Shown here: positions 10,940 through 22,989 of the stretch, one piece after another | Layout: each line of letters begins with the position of its first letter | Numbering within the stretch: the first letter of the stretch is position 1 | From: Octopus sinensis | Taxonomy: Eukaryota | Assembly: GCF_006345805.1 (NCBI RefSeq) | Contig: NW_021834804.1 | Coordinates: forward strand, 1 to 45,223 | Direction: 5' to 3' | Length of the DNA stretch: 45,223 nt | Notes under the pieces: model-generated | Told to the model about the DNA's origin: nothing | Database searches by the model: none | Seen by the model: only the letters and a program-made list of their open reading frames with translations | Made by a program: the position numbers and the translations under genes

Positions 10940-11630
10940 CAGCGGTCACGTGGTTCCATAAGTCTTTATAAAACACCGGTAGGCTTTATGTGTGGATAAA
11001 AACCAAAATTTTCCCCAAAATCCCAAGCTAAACTTCACAATACAATAATACAAACATTAATAAGCCACCTCAATTGTATAATACTAATCTTAAGCGAACA
11101 TTCTACAACCCTATCTACTAGACGATAGATATTAGTTCCATTACAAACTCCCAATCCGATACTAATATAAATCCTAATTTAGATTCTCCCCACTAACAAC
11201 AAACCAACCAACATCAACATTACTAATAGTAAACCCCAACCACTTGCAACTGTCGCGCTTCTGAAATATATGGTATGCAGACACCTGTCTCCTCAAAAGC
11301 GTAATCTATAAGTGCCACGTGATTACCCCATGCACCCACCAGGCAAGGGTGTATATTAATGGCACTGAGGATTTTCAATGTCGTTGTCGTGCTCATATGT
11401 ATTCTTTCACTAATCCCGAATCTAAACTATTTCAATCTTTAGCAACACACATATACAACCTCAATTCAAAACAATGTCCAACACGCTCTATCGTGGTCCA
11501 TAGTATGTGAAGCTCCCCTCTACAACACAAATATAGGTAAATGTATGTTATGTATAAAAGGGTCATTAACTATTCTTCGCCTCCACAACTCCTCACTGTT
11601 AAATTCTCTGACGTTATTTTTTATCGTAAG
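10940..11630 (+). mobile_element. Penelope-like element relic (linker, CNCR/C..CL zinc motif, GIY-YIG)
   Basis: TCNCRASE...DTCLLKSVIYKCHVITPCTHQARVYINGTEDF...AHMYSFTNPESKLFQSLATHIYNLNSK...LSWSIVCEAPLYNTNIGKCMLCIK, read across frameshifts. Confidence 0.8.
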
Positions 11631-11776
11631 CATAAATACTGCCCGACATTCATGCACTTCCCTAATTCCAAATAAATAAAGCTGTAATGTAAAACAAGTG
11701 TCAACCTGACAATCGACAAGTGAACACATTCCAAATAGCAAATATGTGTGTGTGTCTATGTATACATATATGTATG

Positions 11777-11862
<86 letters not shown>

Positions 11863-13099
11863 CATATGCAATACATATGAATAACCAAAATTGCACTTAC
11901 AAATACATAATATATTACATACATGCAAACACACACACATATACGAACAATATATATACATATAAACGCCTACATTAATACACAGTATTAAAAACATTAA
12001 GTAGTCAGCATATATATATAGATACCTACAGAAATATAAATATATATACCACGCATCCCAAATTTATTCCAAGTATTATGATCAATCGATTTTTCATCCT
12101 CCTCTCAGCCTCCTAAATCTCTCCAACACACATCACAAATTTCTTCAAATTTTTGCTTTTCAACCGTCTCTACCCTCATTTGACCCTTCTCGGCTTCAAA
12201 CAATAATTAACAAAAGTCAAATACTAAGAAAAATACCGACCCGATTTTTTGTACTACTAACATTCTTAACCACTCCCTCGAACCTGAAATGTGTTCTTAA
12301 AAAACACCCCACTTGTAATTTGAGATAGAATTGCTGTTTCATTGGTGTACAAGCTAGAAGGGGATACTCCTTCAACATTCAGATGAATTACTTATTTATT
12401 CACATCGTTTACAATTAAACATACGTTATCTTCTAGCTTTGAGATTTTGATTATGTGATTGCTTACTTTTAGAATAACTTTGCATGGTTGTTGTGAAAGG
12501 GCTAATGTGTTCAGTTTCCACAGAAAACAGGAAGAATATTTGGGCCCGACGTGGCCAGTGCCAATGCTAATGTGTTAACTCAAAATTACTGAAGTAAAAA
12601 TAAAAGCATAAAAAAACATTTTAGGTAATTTGGGGACCCAAATTTATGAAGTCTTAAAGGTGGTGAACCTTTTTATCCCATCCTTAATGCCGTTGAGGAG
12701 ACTGGACAATGGCCAATAGAAGGCCGATATAATATAATGAAAATCGTAACTTACCAATAAAGTGCTGTTAGTCTCTGTTCGTAAGAGGTAGTGAATGTTT
12801 ATATATATCTATATATATATATATGTGCGCATATATATATATTGCGTCATTTGTTTATTTACCATACATTTTTTCATTGAAGTAGCACACAATTATGCAT
12901 ATATATATATATATAGTGTGTGTGTGTGTGTGTGTAAATATAGATTGGCGTCTTTATTTCTCATTATATGAATCCGATATGAAAAGTTTGCGTCAGCAGT
13001 CAAAGATGGGCGTTGATAGTGGAAGAGTGTAAATGAGAGAGGGGAAAGAAAGTGATAGAAAGAGAGAGAGAGAGGGAGGGAGAAAGAAGAAAAAGAGGG

Positions 13100-13160
<61 letters not shown>

Positions 13161-13521
13161 TGTGATGCTATTAGCTACATAACCATGTACTAAGGATTTG
13201 GTGAGATTGATACATTTTAATTCCCTTCACTTACTCAGTATACCCTCCTTCTTCCGCGACATTAGCATTCCAGCAGAAATGGAGAAATGAAAATTATGTC
13301 ACTGTCTGGTGTTGCATGTGTGTATGTATGTGTGTGTGTGTATATGCGTAACTGCATGAGACTGTTTACATCCGCGTAACTGAAATTAACTTGAAATAAT
13401 CTAAGTACTATTTTACAAATTGTGATATCTGTGTGTGTGTGTGTATGTGTATATATGTATATATATATATATAAACACGCACACACAGTTATCAGAATTA
13501 TATAAACGTATATATTCATGT

Positions 13522-13616
<95 letters not shown>

Positions 13617-13620
<4 letters not shown>

Positions 13621-14022
13621 CATATTTGCCATTTCATATGGCTAACCCCTAAGGGTGGATGCTACTGTAGTTTTTAGCCCCAGGAGGACACACTCCTCCA
13701 GCTGGCCATAGACACACTTTCTGTGTCCTGTCAGTATTTGCAAAGGGAAGTCATCCTTCCCGGCTTCAACTTATGATACACACGGACTCGAGTTTCGAGG
13801 TATTGACCTCTCGTCAGCGTGTGACAATCATAGTTGTCGCCGAGAATTAGATTTCCATCACAAATACTTATACTTTTTCCAGCACCCACTGTCGCTGATA
13901 TTGAAAAAGTGAAATCAAACAATGATAAATATCAAAGTGAGTTATATACAGTAGCGGTAACACATCGTGACATATTTTTGCCATTTCAATATGGCTAACC
14001 CCTAAGGGTGGATGCTACTGTA

Positions 14023-14024
<2 letters not shown>
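13617..14024 (-). mobile_element. Hammerhead-bearing element B: 350-bp monomer plus ~55-bp terminal redundancy, inside (TA)n
   Basis: Direct repeats GTGACATATTT(TT)GCCATTTCA(A)TATGGCTAACCCCTAAGGGTGGATGCTACTGTAG at 13617-13670 and 13967-14023. Absent from the unit A tract at 2350-2390. Confidence 0.85.
13775..13829 (-). ncRNA. Type I hammerhead ribozyme B (GUC site)
   Basis: Minus strand: GATTGT-CACACG-CTGACGA-GAGGT-CAAT-ACCTC-GAAA-CTCGA-GTC^CGTGTG-TATC. Perfect 6-bp helix I, 5-bp helix II, intact core. Predicted cut between 13785 and 13784. Confidence 0.92.
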
Positions 14025-14067
<43 letters not shown>

Positions 14068-14226
14068 TAGGTGAATGAATTATTCTAGCATGGAAAATTC
14101 GTTTAACCGATACCTGGGTAGCAAATTCACGTCGGAAAACACAGTTGAAGTGACCTGTCAAGGGTAGAAACTCCGGGTTCTTGTGTGCAAATTTGTGTTA
14201 TTTATATGAATAAATGAAAGAATGGA

Positions 14227-14344
14227 GTCGAACGAGGTTTTTACTCTCGACACATGTTTCGAAGACGGCATAATTTTAATTCCGAAGGAATAAATGGTGC
14301 ATTATGCCATCTTCTCATCAGGAAAGATTAAGAGCCTCTTTCAG
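14227..14344 (-). ncRNA. Type I hammerhead ribozyme A, unit B copy
   Basis: Core and helices identical to 2553-2670. Confidence 0.85.
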
Positions 14345-15355
14345 CCACAAGACGAACAAAACTTTTGATGATTGCCTACATGGTGACCACAGTGACAATG
14401 AGTGTTTTTTTTTAAATAATCCGTTATAAGCAATGACTTAAAAAAATGGGTAGAAGGATGGGTAGTAAAAATAGGTACGGGACAATATGTATGCTGTATG
14501 TATGATGATGTGCGGGTGTGTGCTTGTGTTAATGATTGCGAGTGATTGTGTATGTGTATGAGTGTGTATATAACTGCATTTGTGTCTGTGTGTGTATGTG
14601 TTATTGTGTGTGTGAGTAGACAAACGTGAAATACACTTAGTAGTAAGGTGTGAAATTTGTGTCGTGTGTTGATCGTGCGTTTGTGTTATAGAGAGGGATA
14701 TATAATAATTATATATATATATCTATATATATACATACGTCAAAGAAATTTAGTAGCTATGGAACATAAAATCGTTTTAAAGGCGACATTAACCGGAAAT
14801 GATTAAAATATTGTTATACGATCAGACGATAGATTTTTCATCTGTTAGAATCATCTCACTTTTGCTCGATAACTATTGATCATCGATCTCTTCCCAAATA
14901 CAATGTCAAAAGCCAACATTAAAATGAAGTACATTTCTAAATTCATTGTCATCCACCATTCTCTTCGTGAAGAATCTCTGAAGTTTAAGCTGGATGTGCT
15001 AGAAATAGCAGCCAAATATTTCCTGTGAGCAGACGATAGATTCATTTAACGATAGTGTCACTTCAGAAAATCAAGTTATCAATAACGATAATAATTTAAA
15101 TGGTATATATAATGATTGACATGGAAGCAAACGATACAAATTCACTTAACAATAGTTCGTTTCAGAAAATTACGTTTGTGAAATAAAGTATATGATAGAG
15201 AAATTATAACAATTCTGAAGAGGAATTAAAGGTTTTAGCAGCTTTAAAGTTATGGGAAAAGAATTTTCGTTATCAAAGTAACAATATTTTATACGAAAGA
15301 AGGAAGACAGGCGAGGATTTTGTGGTGTGAAGGGTCTTCAATTGTATATGTCCTG

Positions 15356-15418
<63 letters not shown>

Positions 15419-15490
15419 TGCCTGTGTGTGTGTTATGCACTGAGATATATAACGATTATAATAATGGACACAATTATATTCCAAACTTCT

Positions 15491-15908
15491 ATAGGCGCGG
15501 GAGTGGCTGTGTGGTAAGTAGCTTGCTTACCAACCACATTGTTCCGGGTTCAGTCCCACTGCGTGGCACTTTGGGCGAGCGTCTTCTACTATAGCCTCGG
15601 GCCGATTAAAGACTTGTGAGTGGATTTAGTAGACGGAAACTGAAAGAACCCGTTGTATATATGCATTATATATTTCTATGTGTGTGTTTGTGTGTCAGTG
15701 TTGTCCCGCCCCCCCCCCCCCAATATAGCTTGACAACCGATGCTGGTGTGTTTATTTACCCCTTAAGTTAGCGGTTTCCGCATAAGAGACCGATAGAAGA
15801 GAAGTACTAGGCTTACATGAATAAGTCCTTGGCCGATTTACTCGACAAAAGGCGGTGCTCCAGCACGGCCACATTCAAATCACTGAAACAAGTAAAAGTA
15901 GTAAAAGA
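15491..15908 (+). mobile_element. tRNA-derived SINE (OK/OR-like), unit B copy
   Basis: Same A/B boxes and tail as 3821-4225. Confidence 0.85.
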
Positions 15909-16281
15909 GAGAGAGAGAGAGATCATCTGTACCCAAACCTTCAATAGTTTGATGTCTTATTTCATAGGAGTGAGGGAAGAGGGAGATGTGAAAACATGCA
16001 GGGGCCTCTAAACTGTTTAACGTATTTGTATCTGAGAAAGTCTGCAGTATTCTTGATGCCTTCTGCAAAAAGTGAAAGATAAAAAAGGAATTGAAAAAAA
16101 ACTAATTGTCTTCCAGTATCTGTGTGTGTGTCTGTGTGCGTTGTGTTGTCTGTGTGTGTGTTTTGTGTGTGATGCAATGAGATACATAACCATGCCTATG
16201 AGTTTCTTTAATATAAAACTGAAGTGAATATATAATGATTATTAAATGATAAATTAAATGACATAATTTCATTGTGAAGGA

Positions 16282-17315
16282 GGTTTTATCTTTAATGTTT
16301 TCAGTCTCGTCCACCACACTACTTGTTTAGCCACCGGGCAGAAGAAACTGCTTTTCCTCCCGCCTAAAGAAGGTGGCGGGGCGATCTTTACAATGAACTC
16401 GGCACGTAAACTGGATCGACGAGTGCATGCAGGACTTATTTCATCGCCCTGCGCACACACCCCGACATATCCGTCCGACAACACTTTCGTAACTGTAGAG
16501 CTTGTCTGAATGGGCAGAGCTCCCCGTAGCACTGCAAGGCCAGGGATTTCTGGAATTAAGGGACCAGTTAGTTGATTCTCTCCACCAACGCCCAGAATTA
16601 CCCCGATTTCGTCGTTGTTCTTTCCCCTCTACTAATCCCCTATAGAAATCAAGGTGGAACTATCAACGCCCGCGTTGCCCGACAGGCAGAAAGCTGTGAG
16701 AGCTTGCCGACACTCCAGGTGCCCAAGCGCCCTTCTTGGCCAACGCTTGACTCAGTACTGTAGCTTCTTCAGTGAGACGAGCCGCAGAATATCCCGTTTG
16801 ACAAACAGTAAATCCCCTATTCTCGCCGCTAAAGAAACGAAGGAGCTGTCGCAGTCTCAGCGCATGTCTGCGAATCATTACCAACGGCATGTCCAGTACT
16901 CCACTGAGAGGTTGTTGACAGAAGATGGACCGTCTGTTGAGCGGAACACATACCTTCTTTAGAAAGCGGAATAACAAACACTCTAACTTTATCGGGCATG
17001 GGACTACATTCAGGCAGTCATAGATGACGGAAGCGATGTACGCATTCGCCACCTCGACTCGACCCTTCACGAACAGCTTCCTCTCTGCCAATTTCTGGGT
17101 GAGATCGACTATCCTGTTCCGTCACCTCCCACCCGTTGTTGTCCACCTCGAGGTCTCCAGCAGACCAGACCCCAAGCAGTTTAACCAGTCTTCCGTCTAG
17201 TGCCCTACAACTGTCGGTTGGTATGGTTCTGCCTCTCCAACTGCCGATTTGCAGGCCCACCGACTTCTCTTGGATAAGCTTTTTCCCTATCAACGCTTCG
17301 TGGACAGTATTATGA
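16282..17315 (-). mobile_element. Tx1 relic T1, unit B copy
   Basis: EKSVGLQIGSWRGR..VKLLGVW and AERKLFVKGRVEVANAYIASVIYDCL (ORFs 17018-17293, 16663-17091). Confidence 0.85.
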
Positions 17316-17587
17316 TGACACAGTCTGTGTTAGCTGATACGAACATTCCACATCCTAAGACACACATATATACATATATATATATATATGTATATATATA
17401 ATATATAATATATATATATATATATATTATAGTATATAATATATACCAATTAAGGACTGAACACGAAAAAGGCAGTCAACATGCTAGATATAGACGTTCA
17501 AATCGCATTCTCCACAAAAGTCTATGTTCTCAGATCAAACTCAACACCAAACCAAAACAATAAACAAGTGAAAAATATACGAAATAA

Positions 17588-17669
17588 ATATTTACCCATG
17601 TACTAAATTCAGTTTCGGCTGTTATTTTCCGCAAGGAAAAGTGCAGCCATCATCAGCATGGTCCCATAT
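17588..17669 (-). ncRNA. Type I hammerhead ribozyme C, inverted copy (GUA site)
   Basis: Reverse complement of 18348-18428, with one extra U in the helix II insert. Confidence 0.8.
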
Positions 17670-18347
17670 AAAATGTAATTTGCTGTACTAAATGCCAACA
17701 CGATACCGAAATAACGCGTGCATGGAGTACGGCCTATTACACTTGAAATATATATTTCAAATGTCTTTATTTTGGCGCGATGAGACCCAAGAAAACTAGC
17801 CTGCAGCTAATAGTTAGCAGCAGTTAATTTATCGGTTAGAGAACAAATATTTATATAAAATTAAATTGAGGGTAAAAATTGATATTTATCAATTAGAACC
17901 AGTGGTCTAGCATATTAATAAAGAATCCGAAGATTAAAATATTGTTTATTGTTTTGGTTTGGTGTTGAGTTTGATCTGAGAACATAGACCTTTTGTGGAG
18001 AATGGCGATTTGACGTCTATATCTAGCATGTTGACTGTCCACTTTTCGTGTTCAGTCCTTAATTGGTATATATAAATATTTTAATCTTCGGATTCTTTCT
18101 TTAATATGCTAGACCACTGGTTCAAATTGATAAATATCAATTTTTACCCTCAATTTAATTTTATATAAATATTTGTTCTCTAACCGATAAATTAACTGCT
18201 GCTAACTATTAGCTGCAGGCTAGTTTTCTCGGGTCTCATCGCGCCAAAATAAAGACATTTGAAATATATATTTCAAATGTAATAGGCCGTACTCCATGCA
18301 CGCGTTATTTCGGTATCGTGTTGCATTTAGTAAGCAAATTACATTTT

Positions 18348-18428
18348 ATATGGGACCATGCTGATGATGGCTGCACTTTCCTTGCGGAAAATAACAGCCG
18401 AAACTGAATTTAGTACATGGGTAAATAT
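18348..18428 (+). ncRNA. Type I hammerhead ribozyme C (GUA site)
   Basis: CCATG-CTGATGA-T-GGCTG-CAC-TTTCC-TTGC-GGAAA-ATAA-CAGCC-GAAA-CTGAATTTA-GTA^CATGG. Helix I CCATG/CATGG, helix II GGCTG/CAGCC with an inner hairpin, one extra U after A9. Predicted cut after 18415. Confidence 0.8.
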
Positions 18429-19211
18429 TTATTTCGTATATTTTTCACTTGTTATTGTTTTGGTTTGGTGTTGAGTTTGATCTGAGAACATAGACTTTTT
18501 TGGGGGAGAATGGCGATTTGACGTCTATATCTAGCATGTTGACTGTCCACTTTTCGTGTTCAGTCCTTAATTGGTATATATAAATATTTTAATCTTCGAT
18601 TCTTTCTTTAATATGCTAGACCACTGGTTCTAATTGATAAATATCAATTTTTACCCTTAACTTAATTTTATAGATATCTATAATATAATATATATATATA
18701 TATTTAGCGGTTCGGCAAAATGGACGATAGAATAAGTACTACGGCTTACAAATAATAAGTCCGGGGTTGATTTGCTCGACTAAAGGCGGTGCTCCAGCAT
18801 GCCGCAGTCAAATGACTGAAACAAGTGAGAAGAGTTAAAAGTGTTTATTATATATATATATATAAATATATATATATATATGGCATCTGTATTTCTAATT
18901 ATATTATTTCGGTTTGAAAAGTTTCAGTCAGCAGTTTATGATGATTGGCGGTGGAAGTGGAAGAGTTGAAATGAGAGAGTGGGGAGAGGGAGCGATAGAA
19001 GAGAGAGAGGGGAAAGAAGAGGAGGAGAGTTGATGTGTACGATTGTGAGTGTGAGTGTGTGTGTCTGTGTGTGTGATGCAATTAGATACACAACCCTGCC
19101 TAAGCTTTTCTTTAATATGAAACTGAAGGGAATATCACATTAACGATTGCATTAAATGACATAATTTTATTGTAAAGAAGTGAGTGAAAAGTTTAGCCGG
19201 AAAAAAATTCC

Positions 19212-19223
19212 AATAATAATAAT

Positions 19224-19285
<62 letters not shown>

Positions 19286-19525
19286 TAATATTAATATTAA
19301 TATTTTTATTTATTTATTTATTTTTTTTATGTATTAGACATTCACTAGTACAACACCAAAAACAAAATAAATAAAACCCAGATATATGGCACAGAACTTC
19401 CAGCCTGTTGCCTCTTGAGGTCTCTGGGTGAGACTTGGAGCCAACTTGTACGGACATAAAGCAAAAGTCAAACATAGAATAATAATAATAATAATAGTAA
19501 TAATAATAATAATAATAATAATACT

Positions 19526-19572
<47 letters not shown>

Positions 19573-19589
19573 AAATAATAATAATAATT

Positions 19590-19621
<32 letters not shown>

Positions 19622-19757
19622 CATTATCATTATTATTATTAATATTATTATTTTTATTATTATTATTATAATTATAATTATTTTTATAATAATAATTATT
19701 ATAATAATAATGATAATTATTATTATTATTATTACTATTATTATTAATATTAGTATT

Positions 19758-19853
<96 letters not shown>

Positions 19854-19856
19854 TGC
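19212..19856. repeat. (TAA)n/(TTA)n microsatellite, unit B
   Basis: Direct inspection. Interrupted at 19330-19478. Confidence 0.95.
19330..19478 (+). mobile_element. Short non-coding retroelement 3' end running into (TAA)n (possibly another R4/Dong 3' UTR)
   Basis: Unique sequence ending AAAGCAAAAGTCAAACATAGAATAATAAT within the microsatellite and absent from the other duplicates. Family call is inference. Confidence 0.45.
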
Positions 19857-19895
19857 CAATAGGGTCGGCATATGGGAGAAGATACAGTAGAAAAT

Positions 19896-20130
19896 GCGGT
19901 GAGAGCTGGCAGAATCTTCAGTACGTCGAGCGAAATGCTTAGCGGTATTTCTTCTGCCGTTACCTTCTGAGTTCAAATTCCCCCGAGGTCGACTTTGCAC
20001 TTTCATCCTTTCGGGGTTGATTAAAGAAGTACCAGTTACGCACTGTGGTCGATATAATCGACTTAATCCGTTTGTCTGTCCTTGTTTGTCCTCTCTGTGT
20101 TTAGCCCCTTGTGGGTAGTAAAGAAACAGG
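19896..20130 (+). mobile_element. Meta-like SINE, unit B copy
   Basis: Colinear with 8358-8590. Confidence 0.75.
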
Positions 20131-21240
20131 ATACAGTAGACATGGACAGTGGGGATTTCACGCAGAGACAACGAGTACAAAGTTAAAAGATTAACAATGA
20201 TATCTGACAAAAGAATATAACAATGAAATTTTGTAATAGGTGCAGGTAATACCCTGGAGTTGGCTCAGGTACCCACACCCCAATCCTGAACCACTCGACG
20301 CTTCGAGAGCTTCTGGGAAGGGCACTCTCCTCCCTTTCAAATTCACTAGCCCACAGGTACGTTACTAGAGTAGGTCCTCTCACACGTACCATTTTCTCTG
20401 TTCATCCACCTTTTGGCAAATGTACTGGGAGGCAGCACTTCACTCTGCACCCTCATCTTCCTTTCCAAAGGAAACTTAAAAAATATGACCCGTGATTGGC
20501 CGTACAGAAAACTCTCTGCCTTTAGTCAGTTTAACCTGGTCCGCAATACAGCCACTTTCGCTACTGCTATTAGACAGAAGTTAATTGCCTGACCTTCCAC
20601 ACTGATGGAAAGTGGCTGATCGATCTTCACTACGGACTCGGCCGATAGATAGAAACTGCCTACACTTAATAACAGCTTTTCAACATAACTCCACATGTCA
20701 GTAATGCAAGGACACTGGACGAGTGCGTGCAGAATGTTTTCATAGCTCTGCGCACATGTCGGGTAGGTCGGTCAGACAGAACTTCCGTGCTTGTAGAGTT
20801 TATCTCGATCCGGCAGTGCCCCCCGATAGCACTGCAAAGCAAGGGACTTCTAGAAGTTATCCATTATCCCCGTCTTGAAAGTCCTCCTCAACAGACTGGT
20901 TAGTTCAATTTTGTCAACGCCTAGCGTCTCTCCAAGTGCTTCATCGCACTTTCCCTCCACTAACCCTCCATAGAACTTCAGAGTGGATTTTCCACTGATC
21001 GCATTGCCCACCTGGTAGAGGACAGTGAGTGCCTAGCAACATTCCAGATACCAGTAACCCTTCCTCGGTCTCTTCTTGACCCCCGACTGCAGCTTACTCA
21101 AGGAGATGAGATGTGGAAAAGCCTGTTTGACAAACGATGACCAAACCTGTTCACCATTTACGCAGAATGTTTGGAGGTGCCGCAGCCCCAGTGCATGTCT
21201 TCCACAGCATGCCCAGCGTTCCGGAAATCGGAAAGCGAAA
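20130..21240 (-). mobile_element. Tx1 relic T2, unit B copy
   Basis: Colinear with 8590-9700. Confidence 0.85.
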
Positions 21241-22649
21241 GCACAAAAACGAAAATGGGAAAAGGGAAAAGTAAAAACAGCATTTAAGAGTTCTCCTTTT
21301 TAGACCTTGAATTATAAGGCTAATAAAATATCAAAAATCTAATCAAGAATAGACGGAATTTTTCAGATCTTCAAAATATATTTATACTTGACAACGACTG
21401 AAAATTCCAGACCTAGAGTCCAATAGAGAATTAAGCATCTTAGATCTGAACAGGATATGCACGCTTTCAGCTAAACAATGTTTATATTTATTCGATCCAT
21501 TCACATAAGTTATGGATTCACAATTACTTCCCATCCAGTCACATGTGGTGTTTCGTTTTCTTCCAAACTTAGCCACTTTCGTAGCTTTACTTTTGGCCTA
21601 TGTCGGAAGGGGATTATGTGATTGGCATAACGACTTTAAAATTCACCTTTAAATCAGCAAAAGAATAAAAGAATAAAAGATTATGTGTGTGTGTGTGTAC
21701 ATGCATACAAAAGTACACCCACATACGCACGGATATGTACATAAGCGCGCACACACACACATTTAGGCGTATGGACTATTGTTTCGGTAAGTTGTGTCCA
21801 CGAGAAAGACACTTCCAGTGCTCTCATCTGAAAAGTACAAGCATTATCCAGGGGTTAACATTGCGACAGACTGGTATCCGGTGTGTTGTATCCTTGTGTG
21901 TTGAAATACGTTCGATACCGAGATATACTGGGGGCCTAATGAGCCTGTAGATCAGGCAGAGAATTTAGCTTAGAAAATGCTTTAATATAGACATTCAGGC
22001 ATGCGCAGTCAAGTGTTTGTGTAACGTTTATGGAGTGAAAGTCGATATGAATATGACAAAAAAAGAAGTGAATATTAATGATAATATTAAATGATAATAT
22101 TAATATTTTACATTCCATCGGTATCAGTATCTGAGTCTAAAGTTATAATTACTGCATACTGGTGGTACAGTTTTCAACCAGCAGGATGTAACCTGATGCT
22201 AATGCTTATAACATACATGCAGCAGAAAGGAGTGTCGTTCACAGGTTTAAAATAACTAAATTGCATTGTATATAAAATATGCTAAAAAGTAAGTTACTTC
22301 ATGTGTAACATTTAATTCTTATTTTAATGTCTTTTACACAGGATAAAACCCGAATAGTGAACTCGGAACTTTGGAACTAACGTGAAAGACAATGATTGTT
22401 TACCATAAAGATTTTCCCGTTTTGCCGGACCATTCGATGTGGTTTACCAGAGCCTGGATTGTTAGTACAATGCTTGTAAGTTGCGTCCCATGATTTGATT
22501 TTCCTCTCCCTTTATATTATGTATATGTGTGTGTGAAAGTGTGTGTCTGCGTGCGTGTTTGTGTGTGTGAAAATAAGTTAATGTAAATGAATGTATATAT
22601 GTGTGTATATATATATATATGTATATCGATATATGGAGAGACGTAATAG

Positions 22650-22733
22650 ATAGAGAGATAGAAAGATAAAGATACAGACAATGATTGATAGAGAGATAGC
22701 TAGACAGACACATGATAGTTTGATAGATAGATT

Positions 22734-22807
<74 letters not shown>

Positions 22808-22989
22808 ATGATTTGAAAGATAGAGATAGATAGTCATAGATAGACAGTGATAGATAGATAGATAGATAGAGATATATAGACATAGATAGATAGATAGATA
22901 GATTGATAGATAGATACATAAATAGATACTTAGATAGATAGATGGATAGATAGAGATAGATGGACATAGATAGATAGATAGATAGATAT
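22650..22989. repeat. (GATA)n microsatellite
   Basis: Direct inspection. Resumes at 24487-24660. Confidence 0.95.

Larger units (their letters stand above)
1..11267 (+). repeat. Segmental duplication unit A
   Basis: GGTATGCAGACACCTGTCTCCTCAAAAG at 3 recurs at ~11272 and ~29991. Unique spacers, SINEs and LINE relics are colinear with 11268-22065. Confidence 0.9.
17441..18672. mobile_element. Hammerhead-bearing element C: one inverted ~502-bp monomer followed by ~1.4 tandem ~506-bp monomers, inside a TA-rich tract
   Basis: 17441-17942 is the reverse complement of ~18070-18575. ATTGTTTTGGTTTGGTGTTGAG at 17948 and 18454 gives a 506-bp period. Absent from units A and C. Confidence 0.88.
11268..22065 (+). 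repeat. Segmental duplication unit B
   Basis: Colinear with unit A. Private insertions at 13617-14024 and 17441-18672, and a different filler in the (TAA)n tract. Confidence 0.9.

Noticed and set aside
11230-11560. Selenocysteine recoding in the PLE relic
   Set aside because: No in-frame TGA seen at the conserved Cys positions, no SECIS identified, and the relic is too frameshifted to judge.
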